A DNA stretch of 55,005 bases from a virus. Taxonomy: Duplodnaviria; Caudoviricetes. Numbering within the stretch: the stretch's first letter is position 1; each line of letters opens with the position of its first letter. The DNA lies in IMG/VR virus record IMGVR_UViG_3300020021_000016, positions 1 to 55,005 of that record. One strand, given 5' to 3'. Of this stretch, positions 27,196 through 36,306 are shown piece after piece. Both the position numbers and the translations under genes were made by a program. The notes under the pieces were generated by a model. The model ran no database searches and was not told the DNA's origin. It saw nothing but the letters and a program-made list of their open reading frames with translations.

Positions 27196-28766
27196 CCTCG
27201 ACGCGCGCGCGACGGCTCTTCCACGCGGGCCTCGTCGTGCTCGTCGCCAGCGTGGCGGCCGGCGGCTACGTCGCCTGCGGCAGCGGCAACAGTCCGTCGA
27301 GCACCGACGGTGGCGTCGACCTGATGCATCGGTCGTCGGGACAGATCATCACGCCGCCTGGGCTCGGCCGCGTCGTCACGAGCGGCGGCATCCTCGCAGG
27401 CTCGGGCACGACGAGCAACCCGCTGACGGCGACGCTCTCGGTCTCGGGCTCGATCAGCGGCACGGGCTCTGCGGGCTCGCCGCTGACGAGCTCGAGCACG
27501 GTGACCACGACGAGCCCGGTCACGGGAACCGGGTCGGCGGGCGCGCCGGTCACGACGTCGTTCACGGAGACCGCACCGTTTGGCGGCACGGGCAGCGCCG
27601 GATCGCCGTTCGCGATCTCGACCAACGGCATCTCGAACACGCTGATCCGGCAGAGCACTGGCGTCTCGGTCATCGGTCGAAGCGCGAACTCGACCGGCAA
27701 CGTCGCCGACATCACCGCGTCATCAGACGGCCAGGTGCTCACGCGCGCGAGCGGCGCTCTGACGTGGGCCGACCCCGCGACGATCGTTCCATCGGTCGTC
27801 CCGTACATGGGGATCTTCGGGGACGGCTCCGACGGAGCTTGCAACTTCGACGGCTCCACGACTGTCGTCGGGTTCGCGCCGTCCGGATCCTCGCCGACGA
27901 TATACACGGTCAACAAAGATCTCAACTGCACGACCGCGACGGTGAGTAGCGGCGTCAAGGTCAGCTTCCAGGCGAACCCCGAGACGACCGGAGGCACGCA
28001 AGCCCATCGCCTGTTCGTGACCGGACTGCTGACCGTCAACGGCACGATCTCATCGAGTGGTGGAGCGGGCGCATCGCCGGGAACGGGCGGAGTTTCACAA
28101 CCGCCCAACCTTCAGGGCACGAACCCAGCGGGCGCTGGTCAAGGTGGTTCCAACGGGGCCGGCGGCGTTGGCAACCCGAACGGGTCGCACTGGTTTACGA
28201 CGCAAGCGGGTGGCACGGCTGGAGCCGTTGCGACTATCGGCGGCGCAGGCGCAGGCGGCACTGGTTTCTATGCCGGCGGTGGCGGAGGAGGTGGCAGTGG
28301 CTTCGCTGGCGGAGCCGGCGGAGGCATCACGAATTGCGGCAACTCGTGCGGCAATGGTCGTGATTTCCGAGCCGCGACAACAACCACCGGGATCGCAGTA
28401 GGTGGTGTTGGAGTATTTCTGTTTGGCGGTTCCGGGGGCGGTGGGGGTGGCGGTGATGGCTCTCTTGGTCCGACGCATCAAGGCGGTGGCGGTGGCGGTC
28501 AAGGCGGCTACGTGGGTTTGCTCGCGCATGATATCGGCGGAGGCGGTTCGATCAATGCGACTGGTGGAACAGGAGGAGGCGGCGCGACATCGTGCTCGCC
28601 AGGTTGTGGCGGCGGCGGTGGCGGCGGTGGCGGTACGATCGTCCTCGTCTACGCGACCGGCACGCCACCGACGACAAGCGTTGCTGGCGGTACCGGCGGA
28701 AGCGGTCACGGCACTGGCGGCAACGGCGGCGCGGGCGCACCCGGAAAAGTGATCCTCCTCCACTAG
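27192..28766 (+). CDS. Gly-rich tail-fibre-like protein with N-terminal lipoprotein-type signal
   Basis: ATGA overlap; RRLF + hydrophobic helix + YVA-C; four G.G[ST]..[SNA]P repeats, GQVLT...LTW, FGDGSDG, poly-Gly domain. Confidence 0.75.
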   Translation: MTSTRARRLFHAGLVVLVASVAAGGYVACGSGNSPSSTDGGVDLMHRSSGQIITPPGLGRVVTSGGILAGSGTTSNPLTATLSVSGSISGTGSAGSPLTSSSTVTTTSPVTGTGSAGAPVTTSFTETAPFGGTGSAGSPFAISTNGISNTLIRQSTGVSVIGRSANSTGNVADITASSDGQVLTRASGALTWADPATIVPSVVPYMGIFGDGSDGACNFDGSTTVVGFAPSGSSPTIYTVNKDLNCTTATVSSGVKVSFQANPETTGGTQAHRLFVTGLLTVNGTISSSGGAGASPGTGGVSQPPNLQGTNPAGAGQGGSNGAGGVGNPNGSHWFTTQAGGTAGAVATIGGAGAGGTGFYAGGGGGGGSGFAGGAGGGITNCGNSCGNGRDFRAATTTTGIAVGGVGVFLFGGSGGGGGGGDGSLGPTHQGGGGGGQGGYVGLLAHDIGGGGSINATGGTGGGGATSCSPGCGGGGGGGGGTIVLVYATGTPPTTSVAGGTGGSGHGTGGNGGAGAPGKVILLH

Positions 28767-28774
28767 GAGCGCGC

Positions 28775-29308
28775 ATGTTCATCAACGAGCAAAACGCGAA
28801 CCTCCGCCGGATCCCGATCATCGTGTACGACCTCGACGGTCTACCGAAGACGGGGCTGACGTACACGAACGCGGGCTCAGCGCATCAGATCCAGATCTCG
28901 ATCAACGGGGCAGCGCCCGTCGACGCAGCCGGTGCGATCGTCGAGAGCGGGCTCGGGCTCTACTACTACACGATGGATGCGAGCGAGATGACGTTGCTCG
29001 GCTTCATCGTCATCGTGCTCGCCGCGAAGGCTGGGACGTCACAGGCCGCGTTCGGTACGGACACGATCACGCTGCCCGATGGCTTGCACCGCGCGCCGAA
29101 CTCGATCCTCGACAACGCGACGTACAACACTCGGAAGTTCCTGACCGGCGCTCGCGTGCGCATCTTTGCCAGCCACACGGCGCTGGCTGCCGCAGTGGTC
29201 GGCCACGCCGACGGAGCTGACGGTGAGATCTATCGCTTCACGTACGTCGGCACGGACCGCGGCGATGGCGTGGCCGCAGACTTCACGATCGGGCAAGTCC
29301 TGCCGTGA
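28775..29308 (+). CDS. Putative virion/baseplate accessory protein
   Basis: AGGAG SD; TGLT...ISING...E.G.GLYYYT..ASE beta-rich pattern. Confidence 0.65.
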   Translation: MFINEQNANLRRIPIIVYDLDGLPKTGLTYTNAGSAHQIQISINGAAPVDAAGAIVESGLGLYYYTMDASEMTLLGFIVIVLAAKAGTSQAAFGTDTITLPDGLHRAPNSILDNATYNTRKFLTGARVRIFASHTALAAAVVGHADGADGEIYRFTYVGTDRGDGVAADFTIGQVLP

Positions 29309-29865
29309 GCTTGGGCCTCGCCACCGATGGCGTCTACTCGGGGACGGCGACAGCCACCGACGACACCGGTCCGCCGATGATCGCGATCATCTCGCCGACG
29401 TCAGGCGTGGCGCCCGGATCACCCGGCGGGTTCGCGGCCGACTTCCCGACGGCGTCGACGACGCCGATCGTCGTGCAGATCACCGACGACACCGGCATCG
29501 ACGTCGCGCTCATCACCGAGCTGGGCTCCCCGGACGAGGTGGTCGTGTTCCGCGAGAGCAACTTCCGCGGCCGCTTCACGATCGGCTCGACGCAGGTCCC
29601 GATCATCGGTGGCGCGGAGCTGCAGGTGAAGGAGACCGGCGGTTGGGCCGCTGCCACCGACCCGACGATGCAGCGCGTGATCACGCTGACGTTCGCGGTG
29701 GTCGACACCGTGGGCAACGCCGTTCTCGAGACGCACTCGTGGACGCTGCCGGCGAAGAACACGTCACCACCGCAGCCCGGCGGAGCGACGGACACGGACG
29801 AGCTCGAGCTCGCGACCGACGCGATCAATCTTCTGCCGTCGCAGTTCAGGAGCTTTGATCCGTGA
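29305..29865 (+). CDS. Ig-like virion protein ending in a wedge-protein N-terminal motif
   Basis: DTGPP.I.IISP...I.VQITDDTG...AVVDTVGN; ends AINLLPSQFR. Confidence 0.6.
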   Translation: MSLGLATDGVYSGTATATDDTGPPMIAIISPTSGVAPGSPGGFAADFPTASTTPIVVQITDDTGIDVALITELGSPDEVVVFRESNFRGRFTIGSTQVPIIGGAELQVKETGGWAAATDPTMQRVITLTFAVVDTVGNAVLETHSWTLPAKNTSPPQPGGATDTDELELATDAINLLPSQFRSFDP

Positions 29866-30371
29866 GCAACGCCAACGAAAGATTGCTCGCGATCCTCGTC
29901 TCGCCGTTCCAGAAGCTGCAGGCCGTGATCAATGACTTCCGCACCAAGCGGAGCGTGCGCACGTCGGTCGGGCAGCAGCTCGAGATCGTCGGCTCGTACG
30001 TGAAGCAGGCGCGCGGCGCGATCGCGGACGATGACACCTACCGCCGGTACATCCAGGCCCGCGCGGCGGTCGATCGGTCGAGCGGCGTACCCGAGGACCT
30101 CATCCGAGTCGCGCAGCTCGTGCTTGGTGATGGCACCGCGGTGATCAAGGTGGCCTCGCCGGGGATCGCGACATTCACCGTCGACGTCACGAGCACGACG
30201 ATCGATCAGGCCACGGCGGACGCGCTGCTCGATTTGCTCGGCCAAGCGGTCAGCGGCGGAGTGCGGCTGGAACTAACGTATGCACTCGTCGCTCCGACGG
30301 CGGTGTTTCGCTACGACACCGGACCCGGATACGACGTCGGGCACTACGCCGGCGCAGGAGACAACACGTGA
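29862..30371 (+). CDS. Baseplate wedge protein (DUF2612/gpI-like)
   Basis: VGQQLEIVG..V...R...DDDTYRRYI.AR....SSG..EDL; GGVRL. Confidence 0.72.
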   Translation: MSNANERLLAILVSPFQKLQAVINDFRTKRSVRTSVGQQLEIVGSYVKQARGAIADDDTYRRYIQARAAVDRSSGVPEDLIRVAQLVLGDGTAVIKVASPGIATFTVDVTSTTIDQATADALLDLLGQAVSGGVRLELTYALVAPTAVFRYDTGPGYDVGHYAGAGDNT

Positions 30372-30943
30372 GCACCAAACCATCCGAGTTGGTCAATTTC
30401 GATATCAACAACGTCAACGTGACGCGGCCTTCCGACGGCACGAAAGACAACGGCTACGCGACCAACGCCGTCCCGCCATCGGCCGAGCACAACTGGATCT
30501 TCCAGATGCTGTCGGCGTGGGTCGCGTGGCTGCAGCAGGGCCAGCACAACTACATCCCGGTCTTCACGTTCAACGATGCGACGCATCCGTGGGCGTACAC
30601 GATCGGCGCATCGATCAAGTCGAGCGGCAACGGTCATTGCTACGTCCCGATCGCCGCACGCGAGGGCGACACGCTCGAGTCGATCGTCATCGACCGGAAG
30701 GGCGACGCATCGGTGTCGTGCAACATCACGATCTTCGTCCAGTCGCACGATGGCTCGGCCGACGTCAGCGGCGGCGTCAACGATGTCACGCCGGCGGCGG
30801 CGCGCGTTGACCTGACCGCGAACGCGGGCAACACGGCCGGCTTCCTGCCGATCGTGATCCCGGCCGGCGGCACGCTCATGCTCGAGTTCGGCCCGACGGC
30901 AGCAAACTACGAAGTCTTCAACGTGCGCCCGGTCTGGGGCTAG
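30368..30943 (+). CDS. Short tail fibre/adaptor protein
   Basis: Baseplate-anchor-like N-terminus P......GY.....PPSAEHNW.F...AW..WL. Confidence 0.65.
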   Translation: MSTKPSELVNFDINNVNVTRPSDGTKDNGYATNAVPPSAEHNWIFQMLSAWVAWLQQGQHNYIPVFTFNDATHPWAYTIGASIKSSGNGHCYVPIAAREGDTLESIVIDRKGDASVSCNITIFVQSHDGSADVSGGVNDVTPAAARVDLTANAGNTAGFLPIVIPAGGTLMLEFGPTAANYEVFNVRPVWG

Positions 30944-31233
30944 CGCGTCGGGTCTTCGTCGATGCAGTAGCAGATCGACGGGTGCTCGCGGTTCGGATCG
31001 CTGGGCCATGCGTACGTCCACGACCAGCAGAAGTGCTGCAGCTCGTCGCACGCGACTGCACACGTGTGGATCTCGGGCGAGCAGTAGCCGTCGCGGCCAT
31101 CGTGCATCGCGCACGAGTCGTAGTCGGCGCCGCAGCTCTCCGTGCCGGTCTCTTCGGCAAGCTGCGACTCACGCTCTGCACCGCCAACCATACAGCCCGC
31201 CATGCAGGTCGCGAGTAGGAACGCCGTCTTCAT
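30940..31233 (-). CDS. Cys-rich lipoprotein (antisense moron)
   Basis: MKTAFLLATCMAG-C lipobox; 8 further Cys; converges on the fibre gene. Confidence 0.62.
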   Translation of the reverse strand: MKTAFLLATCMAGCMVGGAERESQLAEETGTESCGADYDSCAMHDGRDGYCSPEIHTCAVACDELQHFCWSWTYAWPSDPNREHPSICYCIDEDPTR

Positions 31234-31367
31234 GCAGAACACCATCGGCACTCCCATCGTCGATGTCGGCTATCGGTGGGGTAGTCGACCTGACGCGAAT
31301 CGCTGCACCCGTTGGCATCAGAGATTCCCGGAGCCACCGGGTGAGCGAGCCCTAGCGTCGTCGCGCA

Positions 31368-32075
31368 GTGCCCGACGACAAGCGTCCACCCAAGCCCGGG
31401 TTCACACGCGACGACCGCGACCGGCATCCGCACAAGACGCCCCCCAAGGTCATCGCGGATCAGCTCGCGCGCTCGGGCGTGATCGATCCGGTCGTGCCGG
31501 CGAAGGCCGACGAAGCCCCGGAGTCGTGGGACTCGAGCTCGGCGCCGACGACGGCGGTCATGCCGAAGCCTCCCGTGACCGAGACGGTCATCGACGCGAT
31601 CAACCGCCGCACGCAAGAAACCAAGAACACCATCGCCTCGACCCTCTACGGCGTCGCGGCGCTGCGCACGGAGACACGCGCGGACAACCAGCACCTCACA
31701 GCTCGCGTCGATGCGCTCGTCACCGAGCTTGCCAACACCCGCGCCGAGCTCGCAGGGAGCATCGGGCAGAACGAAGCGATCATCAAACTGATCGAAGGTC
31801 AGAACGAGGCACGCGCCGCGCGCGAGCGCGAGAACCTCGAAGCGCGCACGCGCAGCGGCATGATGAAGTTGGCCGGCTTCACCGCAGAGACCGAGGTCAA
31901 GAAGGCCGACCAGCTCGCAGCGATCGAGGTCGCGAAGGCAGCCCGGCTGCTGACGCTGGGTGACGTCGCCGACGCGAAGAAGACCAAGCGTCAAGCGTTC
32001 CTTCAGCTCCTCGGCGCGTGCACCGGCACGGCGGTCATCACCGCGCTGATCACGTTCCTCTCGGGGCACTGCTGA
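31368..32075 (+). CDS. Coiled-coil protein with C-terminal TM
   Basis: 235-aa ORF; heptad pattern; C-terminal hydrophobic helix. Confidence 0.7.
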   Translation: MPDDKRPPKPGFTRDDRDRHPHKTPPKVIADQLARSGVIDPVVPAKADEAPESWDSSSAPTTAVMPKPPVTETVIDAINRRTQETKNTIASTLYGVAALRTETRADNQHLTARVDALVTELANTRAELAGSIGQNEAIIKLIEGQNEARAARERENLEARTRSGMMKLAGFTAETEVKKADQLAAIEVAKAARLLTLGDVADAKKTKRQAFLQLLGACTGTAVITALITFLSGHC

Positions 32076-32082
32076 TTGACCG

Positions 32083-32754
32083 ATGGCGAACTCCGACGAT
32101 GGGCGACCAGAAAAACCATCGCGACCACCGCCGCGATCGTCGCAGCCGTTGCGACGGCCGTCGTCGCCCCAATCCGTTGTCGAGATCCCCAAGGCGATCG
32201 CTATTCGCGGCGGCCAAACCGTCGGCGCGAGTCGAAACGCGGCGCCGAGGCCGGCGGCAGATCCGCAAGATGGGACCTACGCCGTCTACCCTCGATCGCG
32301 AGAGCTGATCGGCCAGCGCAAAGACAAGCTCGTCGCGTTTATCGATCATCCGCTCGGCGAGCGTGATGATCATGTGCTGCACGCGCAGAACATGGAGAAC
32401 GCCGGGAAGTGGGCTCGGTGGATCTTCCTTCAGACGCCGTTCGTCGTCCTGATCCCGTGGTGGCCGATGGCGGTGTTCATCACCGAGTCCGAGTACCAAG
32501 CGCGGATCCTGGGCGACCAGCTCTTGCTGATCCGTAAGGTCGCAAACGTGCTCGTCCAGTGCGGCGGTTACGTGTCGCCCCACATGCGCGAGCACGAGGA
32601 GCACGCGCGTCGCGTCGGCGTTCCGGTCGCGGCGTTGACGCAGTACGCGATCCCCGGGCCCTACGGTCCGTTGCCGCCCGAGTCGAGCGATCGAAGCTAT
32701 CACCGCGCGATCAAGGAGCTCTCGAAGGCGATGGACAACTCGCGGCCAACCTGA
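32083..32754 (+). CDS. Hypothetical protein, degenerate DUF4406/nucleoside deoxyribosyltransferase-like
   Basis: AFIDHPL...N...A..W...PW...GGYVSPHMREH..HARRVGVPV resembles S.GM..E...A...GIPV. Confidence 0.45.
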   Translation: MANSDDGRPEKPSRPPPRSSQPLRRPSSPQSVVEIPKAIAIRGGQTVGASRNAAPRPAADPQDGTYAVYPRSRELIGQRKDKLVAFIDHPLGERDDHVLHAQNMENAGKWARWIFLQTPFVVLIPWWPMAVFITESEYQARILGDQLLLIRKVANVLVQCGGYVSPHMREHEEHARRVGVPVAALTQYAIPGPYGPLPPESSDRSYHRAIKELSKAMDNSRPT

Positions 32755-32793
32755 TTTTGGACTCGCCACGCTGCGAACCGCGAAAGGATCACC

Positions 32794-33081
32794 ATGCCCG
32801 ACCCGACTCCAGCGACGACGACCACGACCGATGCGACGAGCACGGCACCCGATGCCGGCGCGTCGACGGTCACAACGACCACCACGGTCAAGCCTGGATG
32901 GTCAACATCGGAACACGCGCTCACCGTGCTGGTCGCGTTCCTCGGCGCGTTCACGACGGCTGGCATCGTCGGCGATGGCTCGATCTACCTGCGCGTCGCC
33001 GGCATGATCCTCGTTGCGCTCACGACGCTCGGCTACCAGCAAAGCCGGGCCTCGGTGAAAAAGGCGGCCTCGAAGGCATGA
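32794..33081 (+). CDS. Holin-like two-TM protein
   Basis: KPGWSTSE followed by two TMs and a basic tail; AAAGGA SD. Confidence 0.65.
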   Translation: MPDPTPATTTTTDATSTAPDAGASTVTTTTTVKPGWSTSEHALTVLVAFLGAFTTAGIVGDGSIYLRVAGMILVALTTLGYQQSRASVKKAASKA

Positions 33082-33260
33082 AACGCCACGGCGAAGGCGC
33101 CGAGCTGCTCGTCGGTGGCTGGTTGACGCAGCGAGCCGCAGCTGACGCGCTCGGGATCAGCGTCCGCCAGCTCCATCTCCGGGCGGACGACGGGAAGATC
33201 GAATCGAAACACGTCGGGCCGGGCGTGCGGCTCTACAACGTCGGTCGGCGGGCAGCGTGA
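33078..33260 (+). CDS. Small HTH DNA-binding protein (MerR/Xis-like)
   Basis: WLTQRAAADALGISVRQL...DGKI......GVRLY. Confidence 0.65.
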   Translation: MKRHGEGAELLVGGWLTQRAAADALGISVRQLHLRADDGKIESKHVGPGVRLYNVGRRAA

Positions 33261-33363
33261 TCCGCGGAGTCTTCCGAGGTCTCGCGATGACCCTGTTCGC
33301 TGTGCTGGCGCTCGCGTGGCTCGTGACACCTCGGCGCCGTCCTCCCCGCTGAAAGGTCTGTCC

Positions 33364-33738
33364 ATGCGTCTGCTCGCCCTCGTGTCGTGCGTGCTCCTCA
33401 CTTCCTCCGGTTGCTCGTGGTTCGAATCGAACGCGAAGACCGTCGAGCAATCGGCGTTCGACTGCGCCAAGGCCGACATCGGCCAGCTCGTCGGCGACCA
33501 GGGCCTGACACTGCTCGGTGACGTCGCGCAGATCGTCGCCGCGGGCGGTGACGGTTGGCAGGACGCTCTCACCAAGCTCGGCACCACCGTCGGCGAGGAG
33601 GCGCTCGCGTGTGCGGTCAAGGCGGTGTCGACCGTCTTCGCGTCGAAGCCGACCGGGCAGCAGAGCACAGCGGAATCCGCACAGGCGACGCGCGCGAGCG
33701 CGTCCATCGCGGCGCATCACTGGAAGTACGTCAAGTGA
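33364..33738 (+). CDS. Lipoprotein (spanin candidate)
   Basis: MRLLALVSCVLLTSSG-C lipobox; lies in the lysis region. Confidence 0.65.
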   Translation: MRLLALVSCVLLTSSGCSWFESNAKTVEQSAFDCAKADIGQLVGDQGLTLLGDVAQIVAAGGDGWQDALTKLGTTVGEEALACAVKAVSTVFASKPTGQQSTAESAQATRASASIAAHHWKYVK

Positions 33739-34427
33739 ACCCCCGCATGCTCGCGCCGTCGATCGTCATCGTCGACGTTGACGCACACCTCGATCACGCC
33801 GAAGTCGTTCGCGCGGCCGGCGCGTTGACCCGCCAGTGCCTCGAACACTTCGCACTCGCGTGGGGCGTCATGGCCTCGGTGCGCGCGGCCAGTCCCAACG
33901 ATCCGCCGCGCCCGACCGAGTGGCGCCTCGAGCTCCGCACAGTGCCGACGATGCAGGACGCGCTCGGTTGCCACGACGAGACCGACGACGGGATTCCGAT
34001 CTTGTACGTGTTCCCGGCGCTGTGCCTGTCGGACGGCACCACGTGGACGTCGTGTGCGTCGCACGAGATCCTCGAAGCACTCGCCGATCCGTATGGTCGC
34101 CGCTGCGTCCAGGCCGACGACGGGACCGTGTGGGACGCCGAGGTGGCCGACCGATGCGAAGCTGACACGTACACCATCGACGGCGTCACCGTCTCGAATT
34201 TCAACCTGCCAGCGTGCTTCGAGCCTCCGAAGAATCGGACTGGCGTGACGTACGACTACATGGGGCTGTCGACGCGCCCGAACGAAGTCCGACCCGGTGG
34301 CTACGCGCAGAAGCTGGACCCAGCCAAAGGCTGGGTCCAGATCGGAACGCAGCGCAGCTATCGCGCGAAGCTCGCCGAGCTGAAGCTCAGCCGAGGCGCG
34401 AAGCGAATCATGCGAGGTCGCGCGTGA
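33735..34427 (+). CDS. Zincin-like putative metallopeptidase
   Basis: ALGCHD, SHEILEALADP, EVADRCE, VSNF. Confidence 0.6.
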   Translation: MNPRMLAPSIVIVDVDAHLDHAEVVRAAGALTRQCLEHFALAWGVMASVRAASPNDPPRPTEWRLELRTVPTMQDALGCHDETDDGIPILYVFPALCLSDGTTWTSCASHEILEALADPYGRRCVQADDGTVWDAEVADRCEADTYTIDGVTVSNFNLPACFEPPKNRTGVTYDYMGLSTRPNEVRPGGYAQKLDPAKGWVQIGTQRSYRAKLAELKLSRGAKRIMRGRA

Positions 34428-34615
34428 GCCCGCGCGCCGTCGTCGAGACCCGCCGCTACGTCGATGGCGACACGACGGTGATCGCCGAGGTCTACGACGA
34501 CGGCTGCGTGCGGTTCATCGTGCATCCCATCGACCGGTCGTTCTCGCTGGGAGCGGCCGTACTCGAGCAGCTCGCGACGCTCGCACACAAGCACACGACG
34601 GTGCCCTCGACGTGA
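34424..34615 (+). CDS. Hypothetical protein
   Basis: GTGA overlaps on both sides. Confidence 0.55.
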   Translation: MSPRAVVETRRYVDGDTTVIAEVYDDGCVRFIVHPIDRSFSLGAAVLEQLATLAHKHTTVPST

Positions 34616-34809
34616 AGCCTCACGGCCGCGACTGCCCGGATCGATGTTCCCAGTGTCTTGGGGCAACGGTGCGACTGGTCGCGATCGGCGCGAACGGGCT
34701 CGCAGTCGACGGCGAAAGCAGCGGCCGCGCGGTCGATCCCACGGGCGGTCGCAACAGCTACTACGCACGCCGCGGCGGCCGAGCTCGCGGATCGAAGGTG
34801 CCGCGATGA
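34612..34809 (+). CDS. Small Cys-motif protein
   Basis: HGRDCPDRCSQC; coupled on both sides. Confidence 0.55.
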   Translation: MKPHGRDCPDRCSQCLGATVRLVAIGANGLAVDGESSGRAVDPTGGRNSYYARRGGRARGSKVPR

Positions 34810-35177
34810 CGACGCGGAGGAAGCATCGGCTCGGCGACTGCAACCCGCGGTGGGTCGAAGCGCCCGACGGCGGTCCGCGTTGCTACGTGCGGTTCGAGTG
34901 CCCCGAGGGGCATCCCGAGTGCTGGCACACCGTGCCGTTCTCGCCGTCGCTCGGCGGCGCGGTGGTCGTGCACGCCGGCGCGAAGTGGGACCGCACGGGT
35001 GACACCTTCGAGACGCTGACGTTGACGCCAAGCATCCGGCGCATCCCCTTCCACGCCTCGCGTGAGGCTGCGATCGCGGCGGGCTGCATCCCGAAGTACA
35101 TCAGCGAGTCGCTGCTGTGCGCGTTCCACGGCTACATCAAGAACGGCGCGATCGAGTTCTGCAAGGACTCGAAGTGA
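34806..35177 (+). CDS. DUF6527-like protein
   Basis: F.CP...C.H...W.RTG..FETLTLTPSI...CAFHGYIKNG.I.FC.DS. Confidence 0.65.
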   Translation: MTTRRKHRLGDCNPRWVEAPDGGPRCYVRFECPEGHPECWHTVPFSPSLGGAVVVHAGAKWDRTGDTFETLTLTPSIRRIPFHASREAAIAAGCIPKYISESLLCAFHGYIKNGAIEFCKDSK

Positions 35178-35446
35178 AGAACGCGTGGCCGATCAACGAA
35201 CCTGGCATCGTCGATCTCGGGCACGAGGTCTACCTCCGCTGGTACTCCGACGGTCGGGGCTTCATCTGGCACCACCCGACGTGTCGAGCGTGGTCGTCCC
35301 TAAAGTTCGATTTGATGGGCACCGGGCACGTGTTGACGAGCGGTGGCCCGGACGATCCGAAGATCACGATACAGGGCTCGCTGCTCTGTCCGATGGGCTG
35401 CGGCTTCCACGGCTTCATCCGTGATGGCAAGTGGGTGCCGGCATGA
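35174..35446 (+). CDS. Second DUF6527-like protein
   Basis: H..C...DP.ITIQGSLLC..GCGFHGFIRDGKW. Confidence 0.6.
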   Translation: MKNAWPINEPGIVDLGHEVYLRWYSDGRGFIWHHPTCRAWSSLKFDLMGTGHVLTSGGPDDPKITIQGSLLCPMGCGFHGFIRDGKWVPA

Positions 35447-35477
35447 CGGCCGAACTCGAAGCAGAGGAGTCATCACG

Positions 35478-36284
35478 ATGAGCGGTTTGTTGATTCGCGG
35501 TGTCCTGGTCCAGGTCCCTGGCGTCGTCGTCATCGGCACGCACGAAGAGAAGTGGGCGTTCATGTCGCCGGGCGATGGCATGGGGCGCACGAACACCCCG
35601 ACGCAGATCACGCTCCACAAGACGCTCGCCGACGATCCCGAGAAGGTCGTCTCTGGCGCCGGGCCGAGCGGACACTCGCAACGAGTCGCTGAGTACTGGC
35701 AGGGCGATCCGCAGCACTCCGGTGCTCACATCGTCACGGGCGACGACGGCGTGGTCGCGTCCCTCGCCGACTGCGTGACGTGGATGGCCTACCACGCGCG
35801 CTCGGTCAATCCCTTCAGCGTCGGCATTGAGACCTGTGAGCAGCTCGGCGGCATCGTCTACCAAGCTGCGCTCGACGCGACGGTCGCCGTGGTGGCCGTG
35901 CTCGCCGAGACCATCGGCATCCAGCTGCAGTTCCCTCGCATCGGCACGTACAAGAACGCGCCGCTCCGTAGGATGCGCGAGAACCCCGCGGCGATGTGCG
36001 GCGTATTCGGGCACCGCGACAACGACGACGCGCGGGGGCGCTGGGATCCAGGCGACATCCTGTTCGCGCTGATCAAGCAGCGGCTCGGCGCCGAGGCGTT
36101 CGACTTCGACGCCGGCGAGGACCTCTCGACGTGGAAGGAGCGCCAGGCCGAGCTCGTGCGGCTCGGCCACAAGCTCGTGATCGACGGCATCCCCGGCCCG
36201 GCGACGACAGCGGCGCTCAAGATCGAGGGCTACCGCGGCGGAGTTTGGGCTCTCGGCAAGGTCGACGCGGCGCCGGCAGCTTGA
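35478..36284 (+). CDS. Endolysin: Amidase_2-type N-acetylmuramoyl-L-alanine amidase with PG-binding tail
   Basis: ITLHKT, GAHIV, AYHA..VN..SVGIE, GHRD...R.DPG; IDGIPGPATTAAL. Confidence 0.85.
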   Translation: MSGLLIRGVLVQVPGVVVIGTHEEKWAFMSPGDGMGRTNTPTQITLHKTLADDPEKVVSGAGPSGHSQRVAEYWQGDPQHSGAHIVTGDDGVVASLADCVTWMAYHARSVNPFSVGIETCEQLGGIVYQAALDATVAVVAVLAETIGIQLQFPRIGTYKNAPLRRMRENPAAMCGVFGHRDNDDARGRWDPGDILFALIKQRLGAEAFDFDAGEDLSTWKERQAELVRLGHKLVIDGIPGPATTAALKIEGYRGGVWALGKVDAAPAA

Positions 36285-36306
36285 CGAACACGAAAGGACA
36301 ACAGCC

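Noticed and set aside
29850-29865. Programmed frameshift fusing the Ig-like and wedge ORFs
   Set aside because: The downstream frame has a stop at 29856-29858 and no slippery heptamer lies after it; GTGA coupling is sufficient.
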